Shown piece by piece: positions 61,834 through 64,000 of a stretch of DNA of 64,000 nt; the stretch's first letter is position 1, and every line of letters begins with the position of its first letter. A model generated the notes under the pieces. It made no database searches and was not told where the DNA came from. It worked only from the letters and a program-made list of their open reading frames with translations. The DNA lies in the NCBI GenBank assembly GCA_963775935.1, contig CAVZKR010000004.1, positions 84,550 through 148,549 on the forward strand, written 5' to 3'. The position numbers and the translations under genes were made by a program. This DNA is from an uncultured Chloroflexia bacterium. GTDB lineage: Bacteria; Chloroflexota; Dehalococcoidia; GIF9; UBA5629.

Positions 61834-61961
61834 CCCTAGAGCAATTTTATAATTTTGAAATTTTGACCGGTTCCTGGGGATCCTCATTCAAGTTTAAGGC
61901 GACTATTGTGAGGCGATAATTTAAAAAAATTAATTACTCAATTCACATTTCGGGGTGACTA

Positions 61962-63079
61962 TATGTAACGTCTTAAATATTTGCGCATAATACTTTAAGA
62001 GTGCCATTAGGCTGCTCCCATCTCGTAAATTGAGATACTAAAGCGATTCTCAATTTTTCGACGGATGTGAAATAACGGTTGTGAGTTACCTGTCGTCGAG
62101 TGATTCGCCAGACCCGTTCCACCGGATTGAGTTCGGGTGAATATGACGGCAGGAAGATTCGTATCAGTCGGTCTTGATTGGACGCGAACAAGTCTTTCAA
62201 ACCTTTCGCCCTGTGCCATTTGGCATTGTCCAGGATAAGATATATTTTCCCTTGTGTAGATTCGAGGAGATACCGGATAAAGTCGCCAAAGGTCTCGGAA
62301 TTGAAGGTAGGCGCCTCTTTTGTAAGGAGACTGCCTGTTTTCAGATTGAGTGCCCCGAAGAAACCCACGTTGTGACGGACTGAAGGCGAAACTACGCGAG
62401 GTTGTTGTCCTTTCGGAGCCCACATCCTTATCAGGCTGCTGTGTCGCTGGAAATGGACTTCGTCCTCGCACCAAAGCTGCATCGTAGGGTCTTTCATCCA
62501 CTCGTAGAAGTTTTTTTAAAGGCCTCCTGCCGGAGAGGATCGGCTTCGCTTGCCTGACGGCGAGGTCTCTGGAGGCTGAATCCCATCTGATGGAATAGTC
62601 TTTGGCATTGCCGTACACTGAGCGATATAGCGTAGTTCTTTCCCAGGTGGTGTGACAATAACACGCCGTCCCACAGGTTTTGATCATAACCCGTATCTCT
62701 GGGAGAACGCCGTAATTCTTTTCGCACTCTTTGCTTTTGCGAAGCTGAAAGACGGCCAGGTCGGCCAGGATGCTTTCCGTCCCAAAGTCCGCTAAGCCCG
62801 TGAGAAGCCAGTCTTTTAACCCAGTATTCGATAGTTCTGGAGGAGAATCCGAAAGCACGTGATGCCTCATAGGCACTAGCTCCACGCAACACATACAAGA
62901 CAACGGCAAGCCGATGAAAGTATCGTCCTTCCCTGGTTCGTGATAATTCATCTTGAATCGCCGCAATAAAGATTTCGGCATCCGGAATGGTTATCCTTTT
63001 CATGGGAGCAACCTCCTACAGCTTTGCTCCCATTATATAGTATTAACAAAATATACGCAATATATTATGTCGCTTCATA
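61962..63079 (-). mobile_element. IS630-family insertion sequence
   Basis: Imperfect IRs TATGTAACGTCTTAAATATTTGCG and revcomp TATGAAGCGACATAATATATTGCG; TA duplicated at 61960-61961 and 63080-63081 within a CTAG target. Confidence 0.88.
61973..63003 (-). CDS. IS630 transposase, two ORFs joined by a -1 frameshift at TTTAAAAAAAC
   Basis: ORF1 HTH (GRPGRLS, W....L), ORF2 DDE (EDEVHF, LILDNAKWH, LPSYSPELNPVERVW); A7 slippery run at plus-strand 62511-62517. Confidence 0.92.
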
Positions 63080-63244
63080 TAGATACAAGCATTGTGATAA
63101 CATGTTATACGTAAATATATAAATCGATTTAATATTTTTTACGAACTGGTAGGTTTAACACCGACCAATACAGTTTGAAATATTTAAGAAATGGTAGAGA
63201 TTGCTTTCTGAACAGGAAATGGTTACAGGTAAAGGAGGTCAAGA

Positions 63245-63721
63245 ATGAAAAGCAGTTATCTTAAACACATTTCACTGGCTATTTTAGTAATGGTTCTGAG
63301 CATTATGTCATTATCCACAGGATGTGCTACTGGCGTGTCTGCGACTGATTATAATGTTATAAAAAGCGAATTGGACAGTACAAAGGCCGAACTTGAAACC
63401 CTTAAGGCACAGGCTTCCAGTTCTTCCACCAGTTCTGCTGACTTTGCCAAAGTGGGCATGTACGCAGAGATAAACGACAGATGTATGGACGCATGGCGTG
63501 TGCTTTATGGAGAGCCTAGTAAATATGGCTATACTAAAAATGATGTAGTCAAATGGGCAGCAGATTTGGATGCAAAAATTGCTGCCGTAAATGATGCTGC
63601 ATTGATAATTCTGTGGAAATCTTATGTAGCCGCAACACCGGGCGCAGATCAATTCAAGAAGGGTGTTACTATGCTCAGCTATCTCTCTGATAAGCTAAGA
63701 TCTCTAACCGCAGGTAAATAA
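63245..63721 (+). CDS. Hypothetical lipoprotein with coiled-coil
   Basis: AAGGAGG RBS, lipobox STGC, GVSATDY...coiled coil. Confidence 0.8.
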   Translation: MKSSYLKHISLAILVMVLSIMSLSTGCATGVSATDYNVIKSELDSTKAELETLKAQASSSSTSSADFAKVGMYAEINDRCMDAWRVLYGEPSKYGYTKNDVVKWAADLDAKIAAVNDAALIILWKSYVAATPGADQFKKGVTMLSYLSDKLRSLTAGK

Positions 63722-63742
63722 AGTCATCTCTCGTATTGGCGG

Positions 63743-63810
63743 TTATGCCCTACCCATATTATCCACTTGCCCATATCTTTTATGACTTTCCACCGAATCT
63801 TCAAAATCTC
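63743..63810 (-). pseudogene. Tyrosine recombinase 3'-end fragment (type I) #7
   Basis: FEDSVESHKRYGQVDNMGRA*. Confidence 0.75.
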
Positions 63811-63840
63811 ATTAACAACAAAGAGAAATTTGATCAGACT

Positions 63841-63970
63841 TTTCCATTTCCATAACCCTTTGGGCGTACCAATTTTTATATGCCCAGAATATCGCATTTG
63901 GTGAACAAATAAGCCTATAGCAGCTAGTCTTTACGTAAAACAAATTAGAGTCTGATAGTGGTACAATTAT
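63841..63970. repeat. Repeat family A copy 6, ending in an extended -10-like motif before the next gene (ATG 63985)
   Basis: TTGGGCGTAC(63860)..TATGCCCAGAATATC-GCATTTGG(63894)TGAACAAATAAGCCTAT...AAACAAATTAGAGTCTGATAGTGGTACAATT. Confidence 0.8.
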
Positions 63971-64000
63971 TGAGGTAGTTCAATATGAGATTCACTTTTT

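Noticed and set aside
61836-61860. CTAGAGCAATTTT as a further IS end truncating integrase tail #6
   Set aside because: I could not find a matching inverted repeat; the IS630 ends are accounted for at 61962 and 63079.
62007-62981. 324-aa alternative-frame ORF inside IS630
   Set aside because: No recognisable motifs; the HTH and DDE motifs lie in the other two frames joined by the A7 slippery site.
55335-63810. CRISPR array, REP/terminator repeat or ncRNA explanation for the intergenic repeats
   Set aside because: Units are separated by whole genes, lack palindromic structure, and vary in a codon-like way that preserves an integrase C-terminal peptide.
50087-63970. Classical integron with attC sites (CATAAC in repeat A resembles an inverse core)
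   Set aside because: No matching GTTRRRY at a consistent distance, no long attC-type palindrome with extrahelical bases, cargo carries its own promoters, and no intI in the window.
1-64000. tRNA, tmRNA or rRNA genes as an integration target
   Set aside because: No cloverleaf, GGTTCGANTCC T-arm context or rRNA-like sequence recognised by eye; a tRNAscan-SE/ARAGORN run would be needed to exclude fragments.

Overview
Bacterial chromosomal window, inferred from gene content to come from an anaerobic Dehalococcoidia/Chloroflexota-like organism (tungsten AOR, lipoprotein TRAP systems, pyrogallol-transhydroxylase-like Mo enzyme, DegV, corrinoid relics). The assembly has many single-base indels that split genes. 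1-10.8 kb is core-like: ilvE, an OYE flavin oxidoreductase, AOR and a complete phoB-phoR-pstSCAB-phoU locus with Pho boxes. 10.8-28 kb is a catabolic island: nitroreductase, two amidohydrolase-2 decarboxylases, an isochorismatase-type hydrolase, CocE/NonD, two TRAP transporters, and a 2.55-kb IS1595 element with passenger genes and an 8-bp TSD. 28-49.5 kb holds surface proteins, duplicated MFS transporters with a shared promoter module, a UGA-recoded rhodanese selenoprotein with a SECIS-like hairpin and a molybdopterin enzyme. The most striking structure is at ~48-64 kb: an integron-like array of mostly single, co-oriented cargo genes. These are separated not by attC sites but by repeated, diverged 3' ends of tyrosine-recombinase genes (LGH..TNRY..AH..SP.DN*, minus strand, at least 9 copies) and by a second fixed-spacing TTGGGCG inverted-repeat element (6 copies plus 3 related sites). 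No full-length integrase is present in the window. A c-di-GMP-II riboswitch (plus a variant copy) and an IS630 are also visible.
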